This document shows, piece by piece, positions 1 to 12,831 of a stretch of DNA of 64,000 bases. The stretch comes from Octopus sinensis (taxonomy: Eukaryota), in assembly GCF_006345805.1 (NCBI RefSeq), contig NC_042999.1, forward strand, positions 48,050,001-48,114,000. Reading direction: 5' to 3'. A program made the translations under genes and the position numbers. Position 1 is the first letter of the stretch; every line of letters begins with the position of its first letter. The notes beneath the pieces were generated by a model. It was not told the DNA's origin. It was given only the letters and a program-made list of their open reading frames with translations, and did not search any database.

Positions 1-812
1 GGTGATGTCATATTTGGTAGTGGGATGAAGAAAATTGTACGCTGAAAAAGTAAATCAAACAGCGTTTCAACTCCGTATTTCGTATTTACTTACCAGCTTT
101 TGTATTTAGTCACGGCCAGCTTTATGTTGCCTTAAGTCGAACAAGAAGGAAAGAAAACATAAAAATTATTTTGAAGTACACAAGCAGTCAAAGGATGTTA
201 GTTACCAATAGATTTCTCACAAGTTTTGTAGTAAGAGATCTATTAAAATAAAAACTTGATTTTGTACATTATCTACTAAAATAATACTCTTGTATTTTCC
301 TCCGTCACAGCATATGAATGAGAAAAGGAGTGATAGATGAATAAAGAAGTTAGGAGTGATGACAGTCTTCACAGTGGGATGATGGAAACTGTATGATGAT
401 AAGGATAAATCAAGCAGCGTTTCAACTCTGTGTGAGTTTATGTGTGGGTATGTAAAAAGAAGGTGTGTGTGTGTTTGTGTGCATGCGTGTGTGCAACGGA
501 AGTGGGATGGTAAACATTCAAAGCTGAAAAGAAAGTTCAAACAGCGTTTCAACTCTGTGCATCTGGTATTTATTTGCCAGCTTCGGTATTTCGTCACGAC
601 CAGCTTTATGTGGTTTCAGGCAGTTAAAAAGGAAGGAAAACTTGAAAATTCTTTTGGAGGAACAAAGTAATCAAAGGATGTGAGTTACAGATAGATTTTT
701 CACAATAGATTTAGTAATAAAAGAATTATTAAACTAAAATCTTGCCTTTGTACCTTATTTATATAAAATACTACAATTAACCGTCATTTTTGATGGCACT
801 GGACCCAGCTAG

Positions 813-890
<78 letters not shown>

Positions 891-1953
891 ATATGACATG
901 GGCGATTCTGGTATATTTTCTTCTCTTGGGATTCATGGTCAAACGGGTAGGTGGAATTGCGCGAAAATTACACCGATGTGTAGAACGATCCGGTGGCTTT
1001 GCTGGGTTTGTATTTTTTCATAACTCCCATGGTTACCGAGATAATCTACTATAATAATACTCTTGTGTTCATAAATGAGAAAGGAAGGGGTGATAGATGA
1101 ATAAGGAAGGAAGCGGTGATGTCATATTTGGTAGTGGGATGAAGAAAATTGTACGCTGAAAAAGTAAATCAAACAGCGTTTCAACTCCGTATTTCGTATT
1201 TACTTACCAGCTTTTGTATTTAGTCACGGCCAGCTTTATGTTGCCTTAAGTCGAACAAGAAGGAAAGAAAACATAAAAATTATTTTGAAGTACACAAGCA
1301 GTCAAAGGATGTTAGTTACCAATAGATTTCTCACAAGTTTTGTAGTAAGAGATCTATTAAAATAAAAACTTGATTTTGTACATTATCTACTAAAATAATA
1401 CTCTTGTATTTTCCTCCGTCACAGCATATGAATGAGAAAAGGAGTGATAGATGAATAAAGAAGTTAGGAGTGATGACAGTCTTCACAGTGGGATGATGGA
1501 AACTGTATGATGATAAGGATAAATCAAGCAGCGTTTCAACTCTGTGTGAGTTTATGTGTGGGTATGTAAAAAGAAGGTGTGTGTGTGTTTGTGTGCATGC
1601 GTGTGTGCAACGGAAGTGGGATGGTAAACATTCAAAGCTGAAAAGAAAGTTCAAACAGCGTTTCAACTCTGTGCATCTGGTATTTATTTGCCAGCTTCGG
1701 TATTTCGTCACGACCAGCTTTATGTGGTTTCAGGCAGTTAAAAAGGAAGGAAAACTTGAAAATTCTTTTGGAGGAACAAAGTAATCAAAGGATGTGAGTT
1801 ACAGATAGATTTTTCACAATAGATTTAGTAATAAAAGAATTATTAAACTAAAATCTTGCCTTTGTACCTTATTTATATAAAATACTACAATTAACCGTCA
1901 TTTTTGATGGCACTGGACCCAGCTAGTATATGTATATATATATATATATATAT

Positions 1954-1959
<6 letters not shown>
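1..1959. repeat. 1114-bp-period tandem duplication built from diverged sub-monomers
   Basis: Position 1 (ggtgatgtcatatttgg) recurs at 1115. ORFs 217..597/1331..1711 and 440..670/1554..1784 translate identically. The match continues into the (TA)n tract at about 820/1934. The motif AGTGGGATG...CAGCGTTTCAACTC recurs three times per unit. Confidence 0.9.
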
Positions 1960-2002
<43 letters not shown>

Positions 2003-2821
2003 GGAGAAAGTGAGAAAGGGAGAGAGTGAGATACAAAAAGATAAAAGGAGAGAGAGAACGAGAGAAAGAGAAAGAGAGAGAGGTAGATAAATATTTAATT
2101 GAAACTGAAGGACAATGAAATTTTATTTTAGCATAAAGAATTTACTTTCAAAACTGACATCGTGTGTTCTTGTATACATACCGGGAAAATCTATTTACTT
2201 TACATTTATATTTGCGCATAGGTTATTTGTGATTCTGCCAAATTTTGTTTAGCACAGTTATTCAGATATTCGTGGGAACTTCATCTTGATTGAAATATTT
2301 GTCATTTATATGTGCCAAAATATAAAATGTTACGATAAAATATTTGTAGATATATAAATGCATATATAGGCAATTACATATACATACAGAAACATTACGC
2401 AGAGTGCAAATAGCTCACCAAACAGACCATTATATACATATGCAGGTAATAATTAATGTGACATTTAAAGAGACGAATTTAACAATTTATCAAAGGCACG
2501 GTGCTAATATCATTATGCTACTACTTTCTTTTATCGAATATTATTAACAATTCTGGGTGATGTCCAGTATATTGAAAACATAGATTTTTATTCGTTTTCA
2601 TCTAAACTCCGAGACGAAATGGTACCAACTCTGCATTGCAGCGTGACTACTACTTGTAGAATCGACAGATCGAAAACCACGAATAGTGTTATTTTAATAT
2701 ATTTCCTTACTTCACTCTTTCTGTCAGTCTTGCTATTGTAATCTATTCAATCGCCGTTTATCAAGCTCCCTATATATACATACATACATACACACAGACA
2801 CAGACACACACACACACACAT

Positions 2822-2864
<43 letters not shown>

Positions 2865-3060
2865 AATATATATTATATAATTAGGGCTTAGTAAAATAAA
2901 TTACTTTGCCACATACTGAACTTTCTAGAAATAGCAGCCAAAAAATTTTTTAGCCATTTCCACCACTTTAAGAAAATTTCTCTCAGATAATGTTTACTCA
3001 TAAATAACTCACGAAGGTATGGAGGTAAAAACAGAAAAATATCACAAGTACAAAGATTAT

Positions 3061-3121
3061 TTGAGAACGTTAACGTTTCTAGATTAGCCAAATAAACTCA
3101 GCATTTCTTTCGTCAGCTCAA
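3061..3121 (-). ncRNA. Type-I hammerhead ribozyme
   Basis: Minus strand reads UUGAG-CUGACGA-[30-nt imperfect helix II]-GAAAC-GUUAAC-GUU-CUCAA. It has a canonical core, 5-bp helix I (UUGAG/CUCAA), self-complementary helix III (AACGUUAACGUU) and a GUU cleavage triplet. Helix II closes with an A-A mismatch. Confidence 0.7.
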
Positions 3122-3337
3122 CAGTTCTTAATTTGGATTTGGAAGCACAAAAAAGAAGAACATACCCTTCGGCGACGTATCACCTCAGATGAACCGCTCA
3201 GACTGCCAGTACTAACAAATTCAAAATGCGCAAGCGACGATTCCTGCTCTCTCCCCTTCCACTCACGTGGGTTATCTGGTAAACATATATTTTAACGGTG
3301 AGAACCGAAGCAATAGAACAGAGAGAAATGAATTATA

Positions 3338-3611
3338 ATATCAACAATTGAGGGTAAAATTAATTAGTTATTAATCAATTTCACCAAGTAGTGTTCAGTA
3401 TGTAAAAGGACCATTTAAGGCGAATTCAAAATATTATATTATATAATTAGGGCTTAGTAAAATAAATTACTTTGCAAAGTAATTTATTTTACTAAGCCCT
3501 AATTATATAATATAATATTTTGAATTCGCCTTAAATGGTCCTTTTACATACTGAACACTACTTGGTGAAATTGATTAATAACTAATTAATTTTACCCTCA
3601 ATTGTTGATAT
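3338..3611. repeat. Perfect spacerless palindrome with 137-bp arms
   Basis: Centre is tttg|caaa at 3474/3475. Arms were checked as exact reverse complements out to 3338/3611. Confidence 0.95.
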
Positions 3612-3667
3612 ATAAATATATATATATATTCAATATATCTTTATGTATGTATGCATGGACGTATACG

Positions 3668-3766
<99 letters not shown>

Positions 3767-5635
3767 ATCTATCTGCCTATCTATCTGTCTGTCTATCTAT
3801 TCATCTATCTGATTATCTGTTTTTGTGTGTATGATTTGTGATGTCATAATTATGCCTCTCTTTAATTCTAGATGAACACGAGTGCTCCGCTAACGAAGAT
3901 TTCCAACGTTTAACTAACGTTAAAACTGTGATTACTCTAGATAATATTCGACCCATGAAATTGCTTATCTGTTACTATTTTTGTCAATTCCATTCATTTT
4001 CGATCAAGTCGGGTCAGATGTTAGGAAATCAGCTGTTGCAGCATGTCGCTACATCCGACATCTGTCGGTATTTCCTAGTTGGCGAATGACACCTTTGTAC
4101 CACTCAGGCACCAACCCTCTCACCCATCCTGCCTTCCAAGATGTTCTATGCATAACTTGCCTTATAACCAGTCGAGGGTCCTCCCCGGAGGAGAGAAATT
4201 TATGGGACCATTTTAAGAGGCCGGAGCGCAAATCCTAACCCAACTCTGATCTTCATATATTCACTTCACCATTAGCTAAAACATTAGAGCCTCTCATGTA
4301 TCATGCTTTCACAACTAATAATATTTCACTGAATGATCTCTTGTGATATAGTCATCGTGTCCCTCCATTACATGTAAAAATGTATTATACTTTTTGTTTG
4401 TAAACCCTGTGTGACATCAAAATCAAATGATCATATTCATGTCTGATAGAATATTTGTCCGCGCTAATCTTATTGGTCGTCAACATCTATACAATTTCAA
4501 GCTGTTGCATATATTTAAAAGAATTCACAATGTGGACCATTGGCGTAATTTGTATAAGCTTCTCATAATATTATAAACTCATAATCTTAGTTCTACTTCA
4601 AATTTGAAAGCTGCAGGAGGAAAAGCACAGGGCCGTGAGAACGTACAATAAAAGTAAGCTCTCTTAGAATTTATCCATAAATATGTATCATACTGGACAA
4701 TTCTGAAGACTTACTCGCTTAATGTGTTACCGATGTTAACTAAGATGATAAATAAGTTCATAGATTCTATTGATTAAATATATCTGTGTTATTGTGTGTT
4801 ATAGTATTTAAAAGGCAACATTGTCATTGTTTAATTATATTAGAGAATATCTGGATCAATTAAAAGGGAATTTCAAAAGTGAAGATAGTACAACTTTTGA
4901 CATTTTTCTTCGTATTTCTTCGGGATTTCGCGGTCGAAAACCCTTCATTATGACCCGTGGAGAACTAAGAGATTGCATAAAGTTATTTTAGGTATCCAGA
5001 TATTTGGGAAATTGCAAGGACATGCCCAGAATGGAGTTCTTATAGTAGACGCTTTACTGCTTGTTTCGTAGGTCGCATTTACTTCATTCTATCTTTCTGA
5101 TATATACCTCGGTGTGGGGAGATCTGTAGATATTTAGGCACTGGAATGTCTGTGCGCACCTGTTATTTGATGCATATATGACATATTCTGAAGTTTTCTT
5201 AAGTCTTTGGTCGGATGCGATGCATCTGCTGCCGACTAACTCGGCAATCGTGCATATCTCACAGTTGTTGATGCCGCAAAATCTAGGACTGAGTGCCAAC
5301 AACAATGCTGTATGTGCCACAATTTCTGGTCTGGAATTTCCTCAGAGTTGACCAAAGTACACGAACTGTATGTTTATTCTCTCCTTACTGGTTGAATTAT
5401 GAGATGGGGCAGGGATTCTATCGTCGATTCTATAGTGTTAAGAATCATGCTTCAGGCTTGTGCTAGTAGAAGAGAAGAAAAGTAGAAAAGTAGAAATAAC
5501 AGTAGTTGCTGTCTATTAGCTCCGTAATATCTCCAGATATTTCTGATATTTCCCAGATGAAATCCCGATTAAATGAAAATTTTCTGATTATTCCTGCCTA
5601 GCTATTACTTCTATTCAATAGTTCGCTTAGATTCT

Positions 5636-6007
5636 TTGCCAATAATTTGCGATAGTATACTTACGCTTGAAATAATGAATATTAACAGTGCTCAGTCTCA
5701 GAAGACCTGTATAGTGAGAATAGTGAAATTTCTTGGCACATTGTATATCAAACGTTCCTTAGGCTTGCCAAAAGTATCCCAAGAGTTATACGACAATGTT
5801 AGAGTAAAAGGCGTCGTATGATTGAGATATTGTACGTGAGAAGTGCTTGCTGTCTCAGGCAAAGAGTAATCGAAAAGGAATTCAGAAAAAAGTTCTTTGA
5901 ACCAAATTCACCGAATCAGAAATTTTCTTTTGTTTGTCATCTCTGCCAGAAACAAGTATGACTCAATTCTTTCCATGGGGATTGCATTTCTGTATGAAAT
6001 ATTTAAT
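5636..6007 (+). mobile_element. Degraded 3' end of an RTE-like LINE
   Basis: Frameshifted remnant with LGLPK..ELY and a terminal FVCHLCQK Cys motif, ending in (TA)n. It resembles RTE ORF C-termini, but similarity is weak. Confidence 0.35.
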
Positions 6008-6008
6008 G

Positions 6009-6070
<62 letters not shown>

Positions 6071-6421
6071 GTGCGTGTGTGTGTGTGTGTTCATGTGTCC
6101 GTGTGTGCGTGTTTGCATACATGTATGTGTGTGCTTCTGTGTGGTATAGACACAGGTACAATTGTTCTAAGAAGTTGAGAGTCAGTCATCAACACCATTT
6201 TAGCCTGTCATTGATAATGTGAGAACTAGAACAAATGAAGAATGCATCAAATAATCAACAAATCAGCATGTTTTTGACTGAGACTGAAGCAACTTTAAAT
6301 GTAGGTAATTTAACATTTTACGCGTCGATTTTTCAAGCGAAGAAACGCATAGACATATTATGTGTTTGCCTGCCCCAGTACTTGCTACGCCAGATAGGAC
6401 ATGTATATATATATATATTTA

Positions 6422-6450
6422 CTAGCATTATTACCCGTCGTTGCCGAGTT
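6422..6450 (-). mobile_element. Helitron-type 3' terminus remnant
   Basis: Minus strand ctcggcaacgacgggtaataatgCTAG|t resembles the Helitron end at 28117-28143 (gagcaacgccgggcgatactgCTAG|t). Confidence 0.4.
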
Positions 6451-7475
6451 ATAGTGCTAGTGCATGTATATATGTGTATATATATGTGTGTACATATTAC
6501 ATGTACATCTATATATATACATCTACACATAAAATACAAAATACAAAGTTATATATTGACATCGTTAGTGATAACAATACTCAAAATATATAACAGACTG
6601 GAATTGTAGGCCCGTCTCTTGCAATATCGATCAATTGTATCTTGTCCTCCCTTATGTATAGAAGTGTGGCTACAATCCAGCCTACCTCTACTTTTGGGGG
6701 AACATTTTAAAATTTTATCCGGGACGTCCTACGTCCCAGATATAAAGGTAAAAATAAAATATTTCCACTTTGCAAGGTTCGAATCGAGTACACCTTTGCA
6801 CGCTCCGTTGACTTGAACCTTGCTTCTATTGCGGCGAATTTACCGCCTCTGGATAGATATCTTTCATAGTCGCACCAAGACACTTTGTATGGTGCTTTCC
6901 TCCAGGTGTTCAAATCTTTTATTCTCTACATTGTATACTTTATAGACAATAGTCTTTTCTTTAATTTAATTTTTTATTTCGTTTGGTGGTGTTATCCTAG
7001 ATTCACCGTCTTTGTCGGTGATCAATCCGAAATAGGTTTGTATTTCTTCCATTTTAAGTTTAATGAGTTTGCACCCGCCGACGCCTGCAGCGAAATTCAT
7101 TTTTGGACTTTCTTCTATCGAAGGCATTCTAACAAAATGCTTCCGTATAAACGGTGAAAATATTGTCAATTTCCCCAAACAGGGACGCAATTAAATTTTT
7201 AAACAATAACCAAAGCTCCTTCTCCCAAAGAGAGAGGTTTAGAGTTTACAATTATTTAACAAAAGTTTTCCTTAAGAGGAACCAACAAACGTGAAAACAA
7301 TAGTTAAACAGTAATAATAATAACAACAAACCTTACAGTGAATCAAAAAGCAGTACGCAGTTGAAGCTATAGTCCTTTATGTATAAGAAATAAACCAACG
7401 GCAGTTCGAAAAAACAGACATTACATACAACCAAACTTCATATAGATTCTTAATGCTAGCTAATTAGCAGATAAT

Positions 7476-8262
7476 CTAATGTAAAAGCCGCGGTAAACGG
7501 TATGTGCACAGCTCCATCTAGACTATTCCATTTCTGCACACTAATATTATTTTAAATTTATTCCCATTCATGTGAAACCACTTATTCAAGTCCAAGTCAT
7601 TGATGCAATTTTATACCAATTACTATTTTTACTTGTGTTATGTCACGATTATATTATACTTTAGTTTGATTTGAATTATTACTTACTACATATAATTCAG
7701 TTGTTATTATTATGTCTAATTTTTATTGTATCTGACATAAAATAGAGAAATGTTTTGTTTCACTTTTAACATGTAATACTGAAATAGTGGAGAAGATATG
7801 ATATTCCTTTAGTTTGATTTGAATTATTACTTACTACATATAATTCAGTTGTTATTATTATGTCTAATTTTTATTGTATCTGACATAAAATAGAGAAATG
7901 TTTTTGTTTCACTTTTAACATGTAATACTGAAATAGTGGAGAAGATATGATATTCCTATGGGCTCGCCCTAGGCAAGAAGTTGAACATTTGTTTTGCACA
8001 TGAAACTACATGGACCCTAAGTAAGGCATGTGTAAAATTTGAATGCAATTCTTTGTGTAGTTCCCAAGTTTTAGGGAATCGCAGTGGAGAAGATATGATA
8101 TTGCTGTGGGCACGCCCATGCAAAAAGTTAAAAATTTGTTTGACCATGAAACTACATGAACCCTAAGTAAGGCATGTGTAAAATTTGAATGAAATTGGTT
8201 GTGTAGTTGTCAAGTTTTAGGGAAACACACAGACAGACCGACACACATTCTCATTTTATATA
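7476..8262 (-). mobile_element. Non-autonomous Helitron-like element with internal tandem repeats
   Basis: The minus-strand 5' end atatataaaatgagaatgtgtgtcggtctgtctgtgtg is typical of non-autonomous Helitron heads. A putative 3' end ccgtttaccgcggcttttacaTTAG lies near 7476. It contains an internal array of about 148-bp units. Confidence 0.45.
7659..8222. repeat. Array of about 148-bp units of two types (X-X-Y-Y) sharing a junction motif
   Basis: 7659-7806 is repeated almost exactly at 7807-7956. A second, different unit repeats with divergence over 7957-8222. The motif AGTGGAGAAGATATGATATT sits at all three internal junctions. Confidence 0.85.
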
Positions 8263-8273
8263 TTTTATATATA

Positions 8274-8321
<48 letters not shown>

Positions 8322-8421
8322 TATATATAAAATATTATTCGAGACAAAACCACTATTTTGCAAAACAAACAAGGAAAGACTTAATCAATACATAAATTTT
8401 AATAAATAGTCAAAAAAACCG

Positions 8422-8464
8422 CCACTACAATCGTTTCTTGTCTTGATCGACAATCTTCAGGTGG
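8422..8464 (-). ncRNA. Minimal type-I hammerhead ribozyme (left-arm copy)
   Basis: Exact reverse complement of 8525-8567. Confidence 0.85.
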
Positions 8465-8524
8465 ACTTCCAATAATTCAGTGTCAAATTATGACTTCATA
8501 ATTTGACACTGAATTATTGGAAGT

Positions 8525-8567
8525 CCACCTGAAGATTGTCGATCAAGACAAGAAACGATTGTAGTGG
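8525..8567 (+). ncRNA. Minimal type-I hammerhead ribozyme (right-arm copy)
   Basis: CCAC-CUGAAGA-UUGUC-GAUCAA-GACAA-GAAAC-GAUU-GUA-GUGG. The core is complete, with 4-bp helix I, 5-bp helix II and a 2-bp helix III with near-palindromic loop. Predicted cleavage is after 8563. Confidence 0.85.
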
Positions 8568-9704
8568 CGGTTTTTTTGACTATTTATTAAAATTTATGTA
8601 TTGATTAAGTCTTTCCTTGTTTGTTTTGCAAAATAGTGGTTTTGTCTCGAATAATATTTTATAATATTTTACTATAAAATCGATTTAATCCTAAATCTGA
8701 TTTTTTCCCTGTAAATTTGGATTTATTCCCTAATATTTATTATTATTATATATATATATATATATATATACATATATACGCCATATACATACACTCTCAC
8801 ACACGCACATCCAAGTATATGGGTATATACATACACATGTTTCGGCCCGTTCTGGGTCTCTTCGGGTACATCAATAAAACGTTTTACGAGAGATTTTCAG
8901 ATTATATTACATTATCATATTATATTATATGTGTGAGCCTTTGTGTATGCATATGCATATGCACAATCACATATGTAATACACATATATGTTTATTTGTG
9001 TTCATATATGGGTTATGTCTTGTAAAGAAAATTAACGTGAAACAGTGTTAATAACACGAGGACGAGTGTATATATTATGTATGTATATTTTCCTTAGATA
9101 TTGATTCATGATATTACAGACACAAAACTGTCATTTGTAGATTTCTGGTATAGAAATTTCAGTCTCATTTGGTTGTTCATCTTATACTAAGTGATGTAGA
9201 CTAGAAATCAAACTTTATCATAGCTAACCAACATTTTCGAAATGTATAACGTTGATATTTAAATAAAAGCATTGAAATTGCAGAGTTTAGTCCGAAAATT
9301 ACAATTCAGAAAGGAGTGGCATGTTATCAGATCTGCCAATTTTAGCATTAAATTTCAGACGTAGTAAAATTAAATGTAACTATTTTCGAAAAATGAACAT
9401 AGTTTGCGTGTATGTAATATCCTGCTCATTTTAGCATATTCTAGTTGATCTTGCAGACGTAAAGATCTGTCACTATCCAAAACAACTTGATGTATTCCAC
9501 TAGATAAGGACTTTTCACGGGGATTTATGCTTAAGCAATATATACGTAAAAACACATATGATACAATGGCAATCAGAATACGCAACACACCAGTAAAACA
9601 ATATTCATGACCAAGTTAACTTTTCCAAATCTAAGGGCGGCCGTCTCATATACTTCGCAAGATGTCATTTTCCGTTTTTAACAATTATTATACGTAGTTT
9701 GATA

Positions 9705-10047
9705 AAGGCGGTGTGCTGGCAGAAACGTTAGCACTCTTGGCGAAATGCTCAGCGGAATTTTTGTCTGCCGTTACGTTCTGAGTTCAAATTCCGTCGAGGT
9801 CGACTTTGCCTTTCATCCTTTCGGGGTCGATTAAATAAGTACCAGTTACGCACTGGGGTCAATATAATTGACTTAATCCGTTTGTCTGTCCTTGTTTCTC
9901 CTCTGTGTGTTTAGCCCCCTGTGGGTAGTAAAGAAATAGGTATTTCGTTTGCCGTTACGTTCAGAGTTCAAATTCCGCCGATGTCGACTTTACCTTTCAT
10001 CCTTTCGGGGGCCGATTAAATAAGTACCAGTTATGCACTGGGGTCGG
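9705..10047 (+). mobile_element. tRNA-headed SINE, family A: one full copy plus a head-to-tail partial copy
   Basis: Head ggcggtgtgctggcagaaacgttagc, B-box-like gttctgagttcaaattcc, central gtcgactttgcctttcatcctttcggggtcgat and tail ttagccccctgtgggtagtaaagaaat. Homologues lie at 21131 and 58528. Confidence 0.85.
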
Positions 10048-10886
10048 TATACAAATATGGCATAAAATTTCCCTCTTTAACTGTTTAATTTCTATACATG
10101 ACTACAAACATCTCTCAAAAATAACAGTAGACGAACCCGATGAAACTAACGTTGGGCATGGGCAAAAACATCTAAATAATATTTAACATAATTATATAAT
10201 TTAGATGTGAAAAATGGCAGCGATCTGATATTCGAGTAAAGAATTTTATCGGCGATGCTGTGGGAAGTGCTTCTCTCTGATGATCTAAATCACGTGATTG
10301 CCGTTTGTCTAATTTTTAAACGAGGTCTTTATAGGGCTCTAGTGTTTTATTTCTCTTTTATGACACCAACTGCTAATTCTTTTATTGTTCATACGTAAAA
10401 ATTGCTATATTCTTAAGTTTGACATGATGTACTTATTTAGAACTAAAACGTGTACTGTACATTAGCTTTATTGTTATTAGGTACATAATTGTGCATTTGA
10501 AAGAAAGTGTATACTCGCGTTTGCGCTACAGTGTTTCGCTGAATAACATTCTGTAAATCAAAGAAAGTATAAGATTTATTGATAACGTTAAAATTATCTC
10601 CACAAGGATATAATATTTCTAGAAATATCGGATGCATTAATAATACTGCTGGAAGGATAACAAATAAATTGATGCATACTTCACTTACGAAACTTCTCCA
10701 GCATATATTATTTTTCTTTTATTTCATTGAAACCATATTTGCTGATGCGCCACTATATTGTAATTTGTTAGACACATCAGAATTACTCGGAAAATTTAAC
10801 CTTGTGATATACACACACACACACAGACATGTATATATATATATATATATAATATATATATATATTATATATATATTATATATAAT

Positions 10887-10933
<47 letters not shown>

Positions 10934-10952
10934 GTATATATATGTACATGTA

Positions 10953-10993
<41 letters not shown>

Positions 10994-11038
10994 GTATATA
11001 TATATGTATATATATATATATGTATATATATATATGTA

Positions 11039-11107
<69 letters not shown>

Positions 11108-11525
11108 TATGTATATGTCTGTGTGTAGGCTTATTAGCCAACATACACTTACTACATTATTTCGTTCCTGGAAGTGTAGCTGCTAGCTTGCTATCTTTCT
11201 CCTGGGTTTTCGAAGCATTACGACCAACCTAACGTCAAGTTCAACGTGATAGTTAAAACTTGTGAATTGTTAAGAAATCGCTGCGTACGGTCTCTCAAAT
11301 CACATTATATTGTAACGTATGCTGGCATCTCGAATACTATCTGACTAAACCAGAGTAAGTAAATTAAGAATCTGCTTTATTTCTTATCGTGTTCCCTGTG
11401 AACAATTTCGTATATTGCAGAGACCATTAGAAATAGAGTCAGCTTTGTAAACACATAGCATGAAATGAATCTCCAGAAGGCATTCATGCCTACACACACA
11501 CACATACATACATACATACATACAT

Positions 11526-11604
<79 letters not shown>

Positions 11605-12465
11605 GTATAACATTGCGTGTATGTACAGGGAAAGTGTTTAGATTATTGCATTGCAATACCAAAGCTTATTGATTGTTAATATGCCCAATATTTAATTATT
11701 CCTAGCCCAGTTTATCGACAGATTTTGCTTTTATTTAATCAAAATTCATACCAAATTTTGAAATTCATTTATCGAACAATTTAATTCGTGACGTCACTGT
11801 CAATTCCCACCTACTTTTGGATTTATAACCTCAAAATTCAATGTAGATATTCACTATTAGCAGTCAACTATATGATTGGAAATAGTGTTTGCTGCAGGTT
11901 TCAGTATGTCTAGAAGCACATTCCCTTGGTAAGTTTTACATAATTCCAGACAAAACGATTGAGAGTTTTGAGTAATGACATGAATCCCTTAAACGCTAAG
12001 CTCCATTCTGAATATAATGTGTAGTTTGGTCAGCTATATAGTTTTTGAAACTGATTTATTTTGTATCACCTACTGCAACACAGATACACCAAATAGAGAT
12101 CCCACGCTTAACATTATCCTATTGCGATTGGAATGCAGTTCATAATGCAAATAATTTCGTATATTCCTATCTTAGAAGGAAGCGATGTTTGAGTTAATGG
12201 AAAAGTACCAGATGTGTCACTACAAATGTACACTAAATGTCACGAAAGAAGAAAGATTCAGAAAATGTAATTGCATTTTTCACCTTTGTGTAAGTAGTTT
12301 GACAAATAACTGTTGAAAACAAATTATTCAACAAGTAGTAATAGTGAATACAATTTGTTGTTGTATATCTGAAATTCAATTTAACATACGCTATTTTGGG
12401 AATAAGGCACCGAGGAAACGCGAAACCAATTAATGGCGAATAATGAAAATAAATATAATAATAAC

Positions 12466-12549
<84 letters not shown>

Positions 12550-12831
12550 CAATTCTTTTTTATTGGCCACAAGGGCTAACACGCATGATTACATAAAGGG
12601 ACAAGACAGGACGAAAGGTTACAAAGGGTTTTGCCGTTTTTTTAAAAACATCGAGTAAAAATCTTTATAACAACTTATAAAATTCAACAATGAAAAACTC
12701 CCAAAATGGGGAGACGTCTCGAAATGTTCCCGGTGGAAAAAACCCTACAAAAGCCAACGGGAGCCTGGTCAAAAAAAGGGGGTGTAGAGAGTCCCCTTTC
12801 TTCTCCTTTTACATTACCTTTTTCTTTGAAA

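Larger units (their letters stand above)
2866..3611 (-). mobile_element. Non-autonomous Penelope-like/retrozyme-like element: about 610-bp unit with a terminal direct repeat plus an inverted copy of its 5' end
   Basis: A roughly 45-bp direct repeat (tatattatataattagggcttagtaaaataaattactttg) lies at about 2868 and 3434. A hammerhead motif lies at 3061-3121, a perfect inversion at 3338-3611, and (TA)n on both flanks. The PLE affiliation is inferred from the hammerhead and the inverted-end architecture. Confidence 0.6.
8326..8663. repeat. Perfect palindrome with 168-bp arms and a 2-nt spacer, next to (TA)n
   Basis: Centre is aaattatga-ct-tcataattt (8494-8495 unpaired). Arms are complementary out to 8326/8663. 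Confidence 0.95.

Noticed and set aside
5770-5955. Apparent host exon (QRVIEKEFRKKFFEP...CHLCQKQ) with splice-like ends
   Set aside because: Better explained as an RTE-like ORF C-terminus ending in a TA tail, and its phases do not fit the neighbouring candidates without a frameshift.
10579-11232. Long ORFs rich in YI/IY, CV, LS, polyI, polyY and similar (here and throughout the track)
   Set aside because: These are translations of (TA)n, (TG)n, (TATC)n and trinucleotide microsatellites, which lack stops in some frames.
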